This document shows positions 1 to 8,172 of a stretch of 64,000 nucleotides of DNA, in pieces. The stretch covers positions 228,921 to 292,920 of the forward strand of contig JBKBKB010000003.1 of NCBI GenBank assembly GCA_046294735.1, given 5' to 3'. The position numbers were made by a program, and so were the translations under genes. The first letter of the stretch is position 1, and every line of letters starts with the position of its first letter. Origin of the DNA: Sphingomonadaceae bacterium (lineage in GTDB: Bacteria > Pseudomonadota > Alphaproteobacteria > Sphingomonadales > Sphingomonadaceae). Below the pieces are notes generated by a model that did no database searches, was not told the DNA's origin, and was given only the letters and a program-made list of their open reading frames with translations.

Positions 1-546
1 GGTCTCGGCGGTCGGGTTGGATGGATAGTTGACTACCAGTATCGAGGGGCGCGGCACGGTGAAGGCCATCGCGCGTTCGAGGCTGCGGAAATAATTCTCG
101 TCGGGCGTGGTTGGCACGCTGCGGATGGTTGCGCCTGCGAGGATGAAGCCGAAGGTATGGATCGGATAGCTCGGATTTGGTGCCAGCACCACGTCACCTG
201 GCGCCGTGATTGCCGTAGCGAGGCTGGCGAGGCCTTCCTTCGATCCCATGGTCACGACGACCTCTGTTTCCGGATCGAGATCGACCCCGAACCGGCGGCT
301 GTAGTAGTTTGCCTGCGCCCGGCGCAGCCCGGGGATGCCCTTCGATTGAGAGTAACCATGCGCGTCGGGCTTGGCCGCGACTTCGCACAGCTTGTCGATC
401 ACATGCTGGGGCGGGGGCAGGTCAGGATTGCCCATGCCGAGGTCAATGATATCTTTGCCCGCGCGCCGGGCTGCGTGCCGCATCGCATTGACTTCAGCGA
501 TCACGTACGGCGGCAAGCGTTTCATGCGGTAGAAATCGGTGTCCAT
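1..546 (-). CDS. PLP-dependent aminotransferase, class I/II (AlaC/AspC-like), N-terminal part; gene runs off the window edge
   Basis: Not in the ORF track because it is truncated by the window edge. The reverse strand from ATG (546-544) reads MDTDFYRMKRLPPYVIAEVNAMRHAARRAGKDIIDLGMGNPDLPPPQHVIDKL...HGYSQSKGIPGLRRA...VVTMGSKEGL...APNPSYPIH, a typical aminotransferase N-terminus. Confidence 0.8.
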   Translation of the reverse strand, partial: MDTDFYRMKRLPPYVIAEVNAMRHAARRAGKDIIDLGMGNPDLPPPQHVIDKLCEVAAKPDAHGYSQSKGIPGLRRAQANYYSRRFGVDLDPETEVVVTMGSKEGLASLATAITAPGDVVLAPNPSYPIHTFGFILAGATIRSVPTTPDENYFRSLERAMAFTVPRPSILVVNYPSNPTAET

Positions 547-686
547 CGGCCTCTTCTCGGGAATGGCTGCAATCCCGTCGGCCGGAACTGCATACGAATC
601 CTAGGCGATTAGCAGTCGCGGTGGAAAGCGCTTTTCGCTATTCCTGCCAAGCATACCTTTATCGCCAAGCAATTGGAGCTTCGCCA

Positions 687-2531
687 ATGGCCGACCGCCA
701 AGATCCCTTCGGTGCCTTGTTCGACATGCAGGGAGAGGCAATGCGAGAAATGCTGGGCGGGTTGAAGCTTGATGGCCTGCTGGCCAGCGATGGCGTACTT
801 TCCCCTTCAAGCCAGCCGGAGTGGATGGCTGTCTCGGGCAAGTTGCAGGCAATGTGGACCGAGTTTCTGACAGACAAGGGCATCGGTGCAGGCGCTAGTC
901 CGCTCGACCCTGCGCAATTCATGCTGATGACACAAGGGTGGGGCCGGGCCAATCCGTTCCAGCCACAGGCACTGCAGGGCTTGGTCGATGAATCGATGGC
1001 GTTGTGGCAGGGTGTGCTGGGGGGCATGCTGGGCAAGGAGGCGCCAGCCACCGAATTGCCGCGCAAGGATCGCCGGTTTGCCGATCCGGCGTGGAGCGAA
1101 CACCCCGCCTATGCCCTGCTGCACCAGACTTATCTCATGCTGGCAGAATACTTCGTCAAGGCGGCGAAGCAGGTCGATGGCGTGCCGGAGGACAAGCGCG
1201 CCCAGCTGCGGTTTGCGACCCAGGCGCTGGTCGAGGCGATGAGCCCGGACAATTTTCTCGCCACCAATCCGGTCGTGCTCAAGCGCACGATCGAAACCGG
1301 CGGGCAGAACCTGGTCAAGGGGCTCGGTCATCTCATCAATGACCTGAAGCGCGGCCAGCTGACCCATACTGATGCCGATGCCTTCACGCTTGGTGAAAAC
1401 CTTGCGGCAACGCCGGGCAAGGTGGTGCACGAGACGCGGCTCTACCAGTTGATCCAGTATACGCCCACAACTGACGCGGTGCTTCAGGTGCCGCTGGTCA
1501 TCTTCCCGCCGTGGATCAACCGCTTCTACATCCTCGACCTGACGCCCAAGAAGAGTTTCATCAAGTGGGCGGTCGATCAGGGGATCAGCGTGTTCGTGGT
1601 CAGCTGGAAATCGGCCGACTCCAGCCTCAGCGACGTGGTGTGGGACGACTATATCCGCGCCCAGATCGAGGCCATTGACCATGTCCGTGCTCGGCTCGAA
1701 GTCCCGGCAGTGCATACCATCGGCTATTGTGTGGCCGGGACCACGCTGGCCGCAACGCTGGCGATCCTGGCCCGCCGGGGGGAGGCGGACAAGGTTGCCT
1801 CTGCCACGTTCTTCACCGCACAGGTCGATTTCGAGCGGGCAGGGGAACTGCTGAACTTCATCGACGAAAAGCAGCTGGAGATGATCGGCACGCTGTCGCC
1901 TGACGGCTATCTTGACGGGCGGTTTCTGGCCGCCGCCTTCAATTCGCTGCGCGGCAAGGACCTGATCTGGAACTACGTCGTCAACAACTATCTGCTGGGA
2001 GAAGACTACCCGGCGTTCGACCTGCTGCACTGGAACGGGGATGTCACCAACCTGCCCGCGCGCTGGCACCTCGATTACCTGCGCGACCTTTATCGCGACA
2101 ACAAGCTGGTGCAGCCCGACGCGATGAGCGCGGACGGCACGGCGATCGACCTGACGCAGGTGCGTACGCCAAGCTACATTCAGGCCGGCAAGGAAGACCA
2201 TATTGCGCCAGCTGAAAGCGTTTGGCGGATCACTGAACATTTCCGTGGCGACCTGACCTTCCTGCTGGCCGGCTCGGGTCATATTGCAGGCGTGGTCAAT
2301 CCACCTGCGGCCGGAAAGTATCAGTACTGGACCGGCAACAGCCAGGCAGCGTCGCTCAAGGAATTCGTTGCCGGGGCGACCGAACATCCGGGCAGCTGGT
2401 GGCCGCACTGGCTGGAGTGGCTCCATCGGCAAGATAGCGCCACGACGCCTGCCAAAGGCAAGCGCGTGCCCGGCGGGAAGGGCGATGCGGTGATCGAAGA
2501 TGCGCCAGGGCGCTATGTGAAGGCGCGATAA
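687..2531 (+). CDS. phaC: Class I poly(3-hydroxyalkanoate) synthase
   Basis: Track ORF 621..2531. Has the lipase-box-like GYCVAG, PLVIFPPWINRFYILDL and HWNGDVTNLP. I prefer ATG 687 (MADRQDPF, GGAG about 8 nt upstream) over GTG 621, but the start is not certain. Confidence 0.93.
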   Translation: MADRQDPFGALFDMQGEAMREMLGGLKLDGLLASDGVLSPSSQPEWMAVSGKLQAMWTEFLTDKGIGAGASPLDPAQFMLMTQGWGRANPFQPQALQGLVDESMALWQGVLGGMLGKEAPATELPRKDRRFADPAWSEHPAYALLHQTYLMLAEYFVKAAKQVDGVPEDKRAQLRFATQALVEAMSPDNFLATNPVVLKRTIETGGQNLVKGLGHLINDLKRGQLTHTDADAFTLGENLAATPGKVVHETRLYQLIQYTPTTDAVLQVPLVIFPPWINRFYILDLTPKKSFIKWAVDQGISVFVVSWKSADSSLSDVVWDDYIRAQIEAIDHVRARLEVPAVHTIGYCVAGTTLAATLAILARRGEADKVASATFFTAQVDFERAGELLNFIDEKQLEMIGTLSPDGYLDGRFLAAAFNSLRGKDLIWNYVVNNYLLGEDYPAFDLLHWNGDVTNLPARWHLDYLRDLYRDNKLVQPDAMSADGTAIDLTQVRTPSYIQAGKEDHIAPAESVWRITEHFRGDLTFLLAGSGHIAGVVNPPAAGKYQYWTGNSQAASLKEFVAGATEHPGSWWPHWLEWLHRQDSATTPAKGKRVPGGKGDAVIEDAPGRYVKAR

Positions 2532-2551
2532 AACAGCCACAATCCGATTTA

Positions 2552-2566
2552 TTGTGCACTGCACAA
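2552..2566. promoter_or_regulatory. 15-bp perfect palindrome TTGTGCACTGCACAA; candidate PhaR-type operator, box 1
   Basis: Read directly from the sequence. It shares the 12-mer TTGTGCANTGCA with 2600-2611, 38410-38421 and 38441-38452. Confidence 0.55.
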
Positions 2567-2573
2567 AAAGTTC

Positions 2574-2602
2574 TTGACTTGGCGCGACCACAAACTATTT
2601 TG
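2574..2602 (+). promoter_or_regulatory. Sigma70-like promoter candidate for the phasin gene (TTGACT-N16/17-TATTTT)
   Basis: TTGACT at 2574-2579 and TATTTT at 2596-2601. The -10 element overlaps operator box 2. Confidence 0.4.
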
Positions 2603-2614
2603 TGCACTGCAACA
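2600..2614. promoter_or_regulatory. TTGTGCACTGCAACA; candidate PhaR-type operator, box 2
   Basis: Second copy of the 12-mer TTGTGCACTGCA, 48 bp downstream of box 1 and just upstream of the phasin ATG. Confidence 0.5.
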
Positions 2615-2654
2615 TAAACGGGCTCCGGCCCGCAGAGCACAGGATAGATTGACC

Positions 2655-3437
2655 ATGGCTACCACGCCCGAAAGCAAGATCGACGTTGCGGCCGAGAAGG
2701 CCTATGCCGAAGCCGCTGCCAAAAAGGTAGAGGCGCCCAAGGCTGAGCCCGTGGCGCCCAAGGTCGAAGCAGCCCCGGCCGTTCCGGCCGCGAAGCCGGC
2801 CCCGGTGAAGAAGGTCGCCGCCAAGGCTGCGCCGAAGAAGGCTGTTGCGAAGAAGCCGGTCGCGAAAAAGGTTGTGGCTAAGAAGGCTGCGCCGAAGGCT
2901 GCCGCCAAGACCACTGCTCCCAAGATTGCCCCGGCCAAGGCCCAGATCGCCAAGGCCACCGAACGCGCCACTGAACTCAAGGACACCATCATGACCAAAG
3001 CCAAGACCACTGCCGCCGACTACACCGCTCAGGTCAAGGAAGGCCTCGCCACCGCTCAGGAACGCGCCAAGGCTGCCTATGACAAGGGCGCCGAGCTGGC
3101 CGCCGACATGGGCGAATTCAGCAAGGGCAATCTCGAAGCGGTCGTTGAATCGGGCAAGATCCTCGCCACCGGCGTGCAGGCCATTGCCAAGACCCAGTTC
3201 GAAGACGCCAAGGCTGCTGTCGAAGTGATGACTGCGGACGTCAAGGAAATGACCTCGGTCAAGTCACCGACCGATTTTGTCCAGCTCCAGGGCAAGATTG
3301 TCAGCCGCAATTTTGACGCCGCCGTTGCGCAACTGTCGAAGACCACTGAAGCCTGGGTCAAGCTGGCGAACGACTCGTTTGCGCCGATTTCCAGCCGCGC
3401 TGCCGTGGCGATGGAAAAGGTCCGCAAGGCGGCCTGA
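2655..3437 (+). CDS. phaP: Phasin-family PHA granule protein with an N-terminal Ala/Lys/Pro-rich histone-H1-like region
   Basis: ATG 2655 lies inside track ORF 2574..3437. The N-terminal ~90 aa read AKPAPVKKVAAKAAPKKAVAKKPVAKKVVAKKAAPKAAAK. The C-terminal ~170 aa is a helical phasin-like segment (GNLEAVVESGKILATGVQAIAK...FVQLQGKIVSRNFDAAV). The gene sits immediately downstream of phaC. Confidence 0.82.
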   Translation: MATTPESKIDVAAEKAYAEAAAKKVEAPKAEPVAPKVEAAPAVPAAKPAPVKKVAAKAAPKKAVAKKPVAKKVVAKKAAPKAAAKTTAPKIAPAKAQIAKATERATELKDTIMTKAKTTAADYTAQVKEGLATAQERAKAAYDKGAELAADMGEFSKGNLEAVVESGKILATGVQAIAKTQFEDAKAAVEVMTADVKEMTSVKSPTDFVQLQGKIVSRNFDAAVAQLSKTTEAWVKLANDSFAPISSRAAVAMEKVRKAA

Positions 3438-3500
3438 TCCGACACAGGAACAAACGAAGCCGGGCATCTCTCCTCTCCCTCGCCCGGGTTCGTCTTCTGC

Positions 3501-3540
3501 GGGGCCGGATTGCCATCACGGCAGTCCGGCCCCCTTTTTG
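3501..3540 (+). terminator. Rho-independent terminator after the phasin gene
   Basis: GGGGCCGGA (3501-3509) pairs with TCCGGCCCC (3525-3533) and is followed by CTTTTTG. Confidence 0.75.
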
Positions 3541-3623
3541 TGCATCAAGCCGGGCCACAGACCCTTGTTAATCGATGCCCGCCATCTTGCGGTATCGCAC
3601 CTGCTTACGATATTGATCCTGCC

Positions 3624-4001
3624 ATGATCCCATCACCCGTAACCCTGCAGGCCGATCGGCTTGCCCCTCTTGCCGCCGACGAGGACGGTTCCCCGGGTAA
3701 TGGCGGAAGCCAAGTTGGGGTTGCTACCAAGCCCAAGGCCAGGTCGAAGAAGCCAAGCCAGTACAAGGTACTGATGCTCAACGACGATTACACACCCATG
3801 GAGTTTGTGGTTCTGGTCCTGAAACGGTTCTTTCGCATGGACCTCGAACAGGCGACCCGGGTCATGCTGCACGTGCACCAACGCGGGGTCGGGGTATGTG
3901 GCATCTTCCCCTACGAAGTGGCAGAAACGAAAGTGAATCAGGTGATGGATTTCGCGCGCGAAAATCAGCATCCGCTCCAGTGCACGTTGGAAAAGGCCTG
4001 A
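3624..4001 (+). CDS. clpS: ATP-dependent Clp protease adaptor ClpS
   Basis: [59 protein letters not shown] prefer ATG 3624 inside track ORF 3510..4001. Confidence 0.9.
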   Translation: MIPSPVTLQADRLAPLAADEDGSPGNGGSQVGVATKPKARSKKPSQYKVLMLNDDYTPMEFVVLVLKRFFRMDLEQATRVMLHVHQRGVGVCGIFPYEVAETKVNQVMDFARENQHPLQCTLEKA

Positions 4002-4100
4002 CTTCGGTGCGCACATGACCTCAGGTATCGCGGGTCACGTCACGGGGCATGACCGGACGCAAAATTCGCGCTAGAGCGATAGCGGTTCCTTCTCAAACCC

Positions 4101-5339
4101 ATGGTGCGCGTGTTCGATTTCATCCCAAGGATTGACCGATATATCTTCCGGCTGACGATCATGCCCATGCTGGGCGTGTTCGCGCTGGCGGCTTCCCTGC
4201 TGCTGCTCGACAAGATGCTGCGGCTGTTTGATTTCGTCGCGGTCGAAGGCGGGCCGATCGGCGTTGTGTTCAAAATGCTTGGCGCCCTGATCCCGGAATA
4301 TGCCAGTCTGGCCATCCCGCTGGGATTGTTGCTCGGCGTGTTGCTGGCGTTCCGCAAACTGGCGACCAGCAGTGAACTCGACGTACTGCGTGCGGTCGGG
4401 CTGGGTTACGGTCGTTTGCTGCGAGTGCCATTTGCCCTGACCGCGATCCTGATGGCCATCAATGTGGCCCTGGTTTTCTTCGTGCAGCCAGTCAGCCGGT
4501 ATTACTACGAACAGTTGCAGTATGAACTGCGTTCTGGCGCGCTGGGTGCTTCGATAAAGGTCGGGGAGTTTACCACCCTGAAGGACCGGATGGCGCTGCG
4601 GATCGATTCGAGCGAGGATGAAGGCCGCCGGTTGCAGGGGATCTTTGCACGCGTTGCCAATAGCAAGGGGCAAGTGCTGTCCATATCTGCGCGGGAAGGC
4701 AATTTTCTGGCGACCCGCGATAGCCCGGACACAATCATCCTGCGGTTGACCGACGGCACGATCGTGCAGGATACTGGCGGGGAAGGCACGACACCTCGGG
4801 TGCTCAGCTTCAGCCGCCACGACCTGCCGATCGATTTGCCCCGGATCGAGCAATTCCGCGCGCGCGGCGATGCTGAACGCGAATACATCTTGCCCGAGCT
4901 GCTGCGAATCGGCTGGAGCTCGGATACGACGCCTGACAAGCGTGCAGCCAGTCAGGCCAGCTTCAATTTCCGCCTGGTCGAAGTCGTAATGATGGCGCTC
5001 ATGCCGTTGTTGGCGGTGGCTCTGGCCATCCCGCCCAAGCGATCGACCAGTGCGCTCGGCGTTTTCGTATCGATCGTCATGGTCGTATCGTACCACAAGG
5101 TGAACCAGTATGGGGAGGACATCGCCACGCTAGGCAGGGTCGATCCGGTCCTAGCGCTGTGGGGGCCGATGGTTCTGTTCGCGGCGTTGATCGTGTGGAT
5201 GTATTACCGGGTGGCTCATGTTCCCGGTGGGCAGGCAATTGGCGCACTGGAAGTGTGGTTTGCCAAGCTGGCACGACGGCTCAAGGGGATGTTCGCGCGG
5301 CGTGAACGAAATCCTGCCAAATTGGCCCCGGCGGAATAG
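4101..5339 (+). CDS. lptF: LPS export ABC transporter permease LptF (YjgP/YjgQ family)
   Basis: N-terminus IDRYIFRLTIMPMLGVFALAASLLLLDKMLRLFDFV, six predicted TM segments and a periplasmic middle domain. It is followed by a paralogue. Confidence 0.85.
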   Translation: MVRVFDFIPRIDRYIFRLTIMPMLGVFALAASLLLLDKMLRLFDFVAVEGGPIGVVFKMLGALIPEYASLAIPLGLLLGVLLAFRKLATSSELDVLRAVGLGYGRLLRVPFALTAILMAINVALVFFVQPVSRYYYEQLQYELRSGALGASIKVGEFTTLKDRMALRIDSSEDEGRRLQGIFARVANSKGQVLSISAREGNFLATRDSPDTIILRLTDGTIVQDTGGEGTTPRVLSFSRHDLPIDLPRIEQFRARGDAEREYILPELLRIGWSSDTTPDKRAASQASFNFRLVEVVMMALMPLLAVALAIPPKRSTSALGVFVSIVMVVSYHKVNQYGEDIATLGRVDPVLALWGPMVLFAALIVWMYYRVAHVPGGQAIGALEVWFAKLARRLKGMFARRERNPAKLAPAE

Positions 5340-5354
5340 GCGCAGGACGCTTGG

Positions 5355-6452
5355 ATGCAGACTGATTTCTTTCCCTCGCGCACGCTGACCCTTTATCTCG
5401 CCCGCCTTTTTGCGGTGCGGATTGTAGCCATGCTGGCGCTTCTAGTGCTGGTGCTGATGATGCTGGACCTGCTCGGCACGAGTGGCGACATTCTCGCTGT
5501 GCCTGGCAATGGCCAAGGCGATCTCCTGCGCTATGTTTCGCTCAGAGTGCCACAGCTTGTGGCCCGGTTCCTGCCCTATTCGGTGCTGCTGGCGACTGTC
5601 ATCACGCTGCTGACGCTTAATCAGAACAGCGAAATCGTGGCCATGAAGGCAGCCGGTTTGTCCGCCCATCAAGTGTTGGCTCCATTGTTCCTCACTGCCG
5701 CCGCGGTATCGGTGGCCAGCTTTGTCTTCAACGAGCGGGTTGTGACCCGCGCCACCGAGACGTTGAAAGCCTGGGAGGGCGCGCAATACGGGCCGGTTCC
5801 GCAGGAGGCGGGCACCCGCACCAATGTCTATTTCACCGATGGTACCGACGTGCTGATGGCGGCTTCCATGACCGGCTCGGGCACCGAAACGGCTCTGCAG
5901 GATGTGACGTTCTATCGCCGGACCGATGCCGGCACCCTGACCGAGCAACTGCGTGCTTCATCGGCAACCTACGCGGCGCCGGGCTGGCGGCTGGAAAATG
6001 TGGAGACGTTTGACGTGGCGGCGGCCCGTGCGCAGCGTGCCGACGCGGTGGTGGTCGGCGAAGGCCTGTCCATCGAACAGATCGAACTCGACAGCGTGGA
6101 TCCCGATGCGCAGGGCTTTTTCGAACTGCGCCGCTCGATCGAGGCCTACGAACGGGTTGGGCGCAGAACCAGCGAACTGGAGGCCAAGTGGTGGCACAAG
6201 CTGGCCGGGCCGCTGTCGGCAATGCTGATGCCGTTGCTGGGCGCTGTGGCCGCTTTCGGCCTCGCCCGCTCCGGCCAACTGTTCATCCGCGCGATCATCG
6301 CCATGGCGCTGGGGTTTGCCTATTTCGTGGTCGACAATGCGGCGCTCGCCATGGGCAGCTTCGGGGGCTATCCGCCTTTGCTTGCTGCCTGGGCACCGTT
6401 CTTCCTGTTCCTGCTGATCGGGGAAACCGTTCTGGTCAGGACCGAAGAATGA
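5355..6452 (+). CDS. lptG: LPS export ABC transporter permease LptG
   Basis: YjgP/YjgQ-type architecture (RTLTLYLARLF...MLDLL...). Lies 15 nt downstream of lptF. Confidence 0.85.
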   Translation: MQTDFFPSRTLTLYLARLFAVRIVAMLALLVLVLMMLDLLGTSGDILAVPGNGQGDLLRYVSLRVPQLVARFLPYSVLLATVITLLTLNQNSEIVAMKAAGLSAHQVLAPLFLTAAAVSVASFVFNERVVTRATETLKAWEGAQYGPVPQEAGTRTNVYFTDGTDVLMAASMTGSGTETALQDVTFYRRTDAGTLTEQLRASSATYAAPGWRLENVETFDVAAARAQRADAVVVGEGLSIEQIELDSVDPDAQGFFELRRSIEAYERVGRRTSELEAKWWHKLAGPLSAMLMPLLGAVAAFGLARSGQLFIRAIIAMALGFAYFVVDNAALAMGSFGGYPPLLAAWAPFFLFLLIGETVLVRTEE

Positions 6453-6462
6453 CGGACGGGGT

Positions 6463-6984
6463 GTGAGCGCGGACTGGCACCTGCGCCTGGCGCGACCGGA
6501 CGATGCCGAGGAATGGCCCGCGATCGAACGCGCCGCCGCACAGATGTTCACCAGCGAACCCGGTCTGGAGGCACTCGATCTGGACCATGCCTGGCATCCC
6601 GATGACCTGCGCCGTCTGATCCGCAAAGGGCACTGCCTGGCCGCGCATCTGGCCGAGCGGCCGGTCGGATTCATCGCCACTCAGCCGTTTCAGCGCGAAC
6701 TGCACGTATGGGAGCTGTCGGTCCACCCGTCGGCCCAGCGCATGGGGATCGGGGCGGGGCTGATGCGCGCCTGCCTGATCGATGCCGGCCTGGCGGGCTT
6801 CCGCGCAGTCACGCTGACCACCTTTCGCGATATTCCGTGGAACGGGCCGTTCTATGCCCGGCTCGGTTTCGTAGAGCTGTCCGATCCCATGAGCCACCCG
6901 CGTCTTGCGGAAATGTTGGCTAACGAAGCCGACAGCGGGCTGCCCGCCGACCGCCGCTGCGCCATGATCCGCTTTCTCGACTGA
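6463..6984 (+). CDS. GNAT family N-acetyltransferase
   Basis: Acetyl-CoA-binding motif-A-like QRMGIGAGLMRACLIDAGLAGF. 173 aa with a GTG start. Confidence 0.72.
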   Translation: MSADWHLRLARPDDAEEWPAIERAAAQMFTSEPGLEALDLDHAWHPDDLRRLIRKGHCLAAHLAERPVGFIATQPFQRELHVWELSVHPSAQRMGIGAGLMRACLIDAGLAGFRAVTLTTFRDIPWNGPFYARLGFVELSDPMSHPRLAEMLANEADSGLPADRRCAMIRFLD

Positions 6985-6997
6985 TCCCGCGATCGGC

Positions 6998-8086
6998 TCA
7001 GCGCGCCCGCATGGTGCTGCGCGCGATCCGGCCGACCAGGTGCGCCATTCCGGGATGATTGGCCCCCTCGTAGGTCGATTGCGCACCCAGTTCACGCTTC
7101 AGCCTGCGGTGTGCTTCTGGCAGATCGTGGTAGGGCATGCTTGGCATCAGGTGATGCAGCGCATGATAGCGCAGCCCGACCGGTGCCCAGATCTCCGCAG
7201 CCAGGCCCGGCGGGGGCACATTGACCGAATCAAGAAACTGCGCGGTTACCGTCATTGTCTGGCCGTCGTTCTCCCACAAATGTGCGACGAGCGTGCGCAG
7301 CTGGTTGAGCACTGCCGTAAGCGAGAGAATGGCCGCAGCGGTCAACAAGGGCGCCCAGCCGAATACCGCCAGGCTGCCCAGCAAGGCCCAGGCCCACACC
7401 ATTCCGGCCACCTCTTGCCACAGCACTCGATGGCGAAAGTCGCCTTCTGGCGGCTTGCGGCGGAAATCTGGGTTGATCGACAGCGAGGACGCACGCTCCC
7501 ACACCAGTTTGCGGATAGGCGGGATGATCGCGCCCAGCGGAACCAGCATCGCAAACCGGATGATCAGCCCAAGCGGGGCCAGAAGTGCAACCAGCACGAA
7601 CACCGGCAGGCTCCACGGCTTCATCAGCGCCAGGGGCAGGTACTCCGGATCCTCGATCGTCCCGTACTGGGTGCGCTTGTGGTGCAGGGTATGGACCCCT
7701 TCGTACATGAACGAAGGCACCAGCAGCGGCACGCCCACCAGCAGGTTCCACCCCGTCCGGAAGCCCGGCAGGGCATCGCGGTGGATGTGGGTCAGCTCAT
7801 GAATAAACATCAGCGCGCGGTAGAAGGCCAGTGCACCCACCAGCCCGAACGCCAGCTTGGCTGCCACGCTCGCGGCCAGGATTGCCCCGGCCACCGACGC
7901 ATAGCCCAGGGCCGCCGACAGCAGCATGTCCGGCCAGTAAACCGCCCCCCGTGCGGCGCCAAGATCCTTGGTCAGGTCGCGGGCAGCGCGTAGCATGTCT
8001 TTGTCATCGGGCAGTTGGGCATGCCAGCTGCCGACGGGGCGCTCGTGCGCATGAGGCGCGGGGGACAGGGTCTGCTCAATGGTCAT
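6998..8086 (-). CDS. Membrane fatty-acid-desaturase family protein (three His boxes)
   Basis: I prefer ATG 8086 (MTIEQTLSP...) inside track ORF 6998..8644. His boxes are HELTHIH, HTLHHKR and HALHHLMP, with several TM segments. Confidence 0.8.
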   Translation of the reverse strand: MTIEQTLSPAPHAHERPVGSWHAQLPDDKDMLRAARDLTKDLGAARGAVYWPDMLLSAALGYASVAGAILAASVAAKLAFGLVGALAFYRALMFIHELTHIHRDALPGFRTGWNLLVGVPLLVPSFMYEGVHTLHHKRTQYGTIEDPEYLPLALMKPWSLPVFVLVALLAPLGLIIRFAMLVPLGAIIPPIRKLVWERASSLSINPDFRRKPPEGDFRHRVLWQEVAGMVWAWALLGSLAVFGWAPLLTAAAILSLTAVLNQLRTLVAHLWENDGQTMTVTAQFLDSVNVPPPGLAAEIWAPVGLRYHALHHLMPSMPYHDLPEAHRRLKRELGAQSTYEGANHPGMAHLVGRIARSTMRAR

Positions 8087-8172
8087 AGCGTTACGGCTCT
8101 GGTGCGGGCCCATACCGCACAATGCGGGAAAAGAACAACGCAGCCTCTCTACCACAGTAATCGCCCCCTTGC

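Noticed and set aside
807-2591. 594-aa minus-strand ORF opposite phaC. Similar long ORFs are listed at 15605-16417, 20530-22356, 22179-24266, 26202-28487, 41203-42636, 43948-44976, 51197-53203, 53758-55074, 58877-59938 and 62047-63981.
   Set aside because: Each one lies antisense to, or overlaps out of frame, a gene with strong family motifs. Their translations are Arg/Gly/Pro/His-rich with no recognisable domains. This is the usual pattern for open antisense frames in high-GC DNA.
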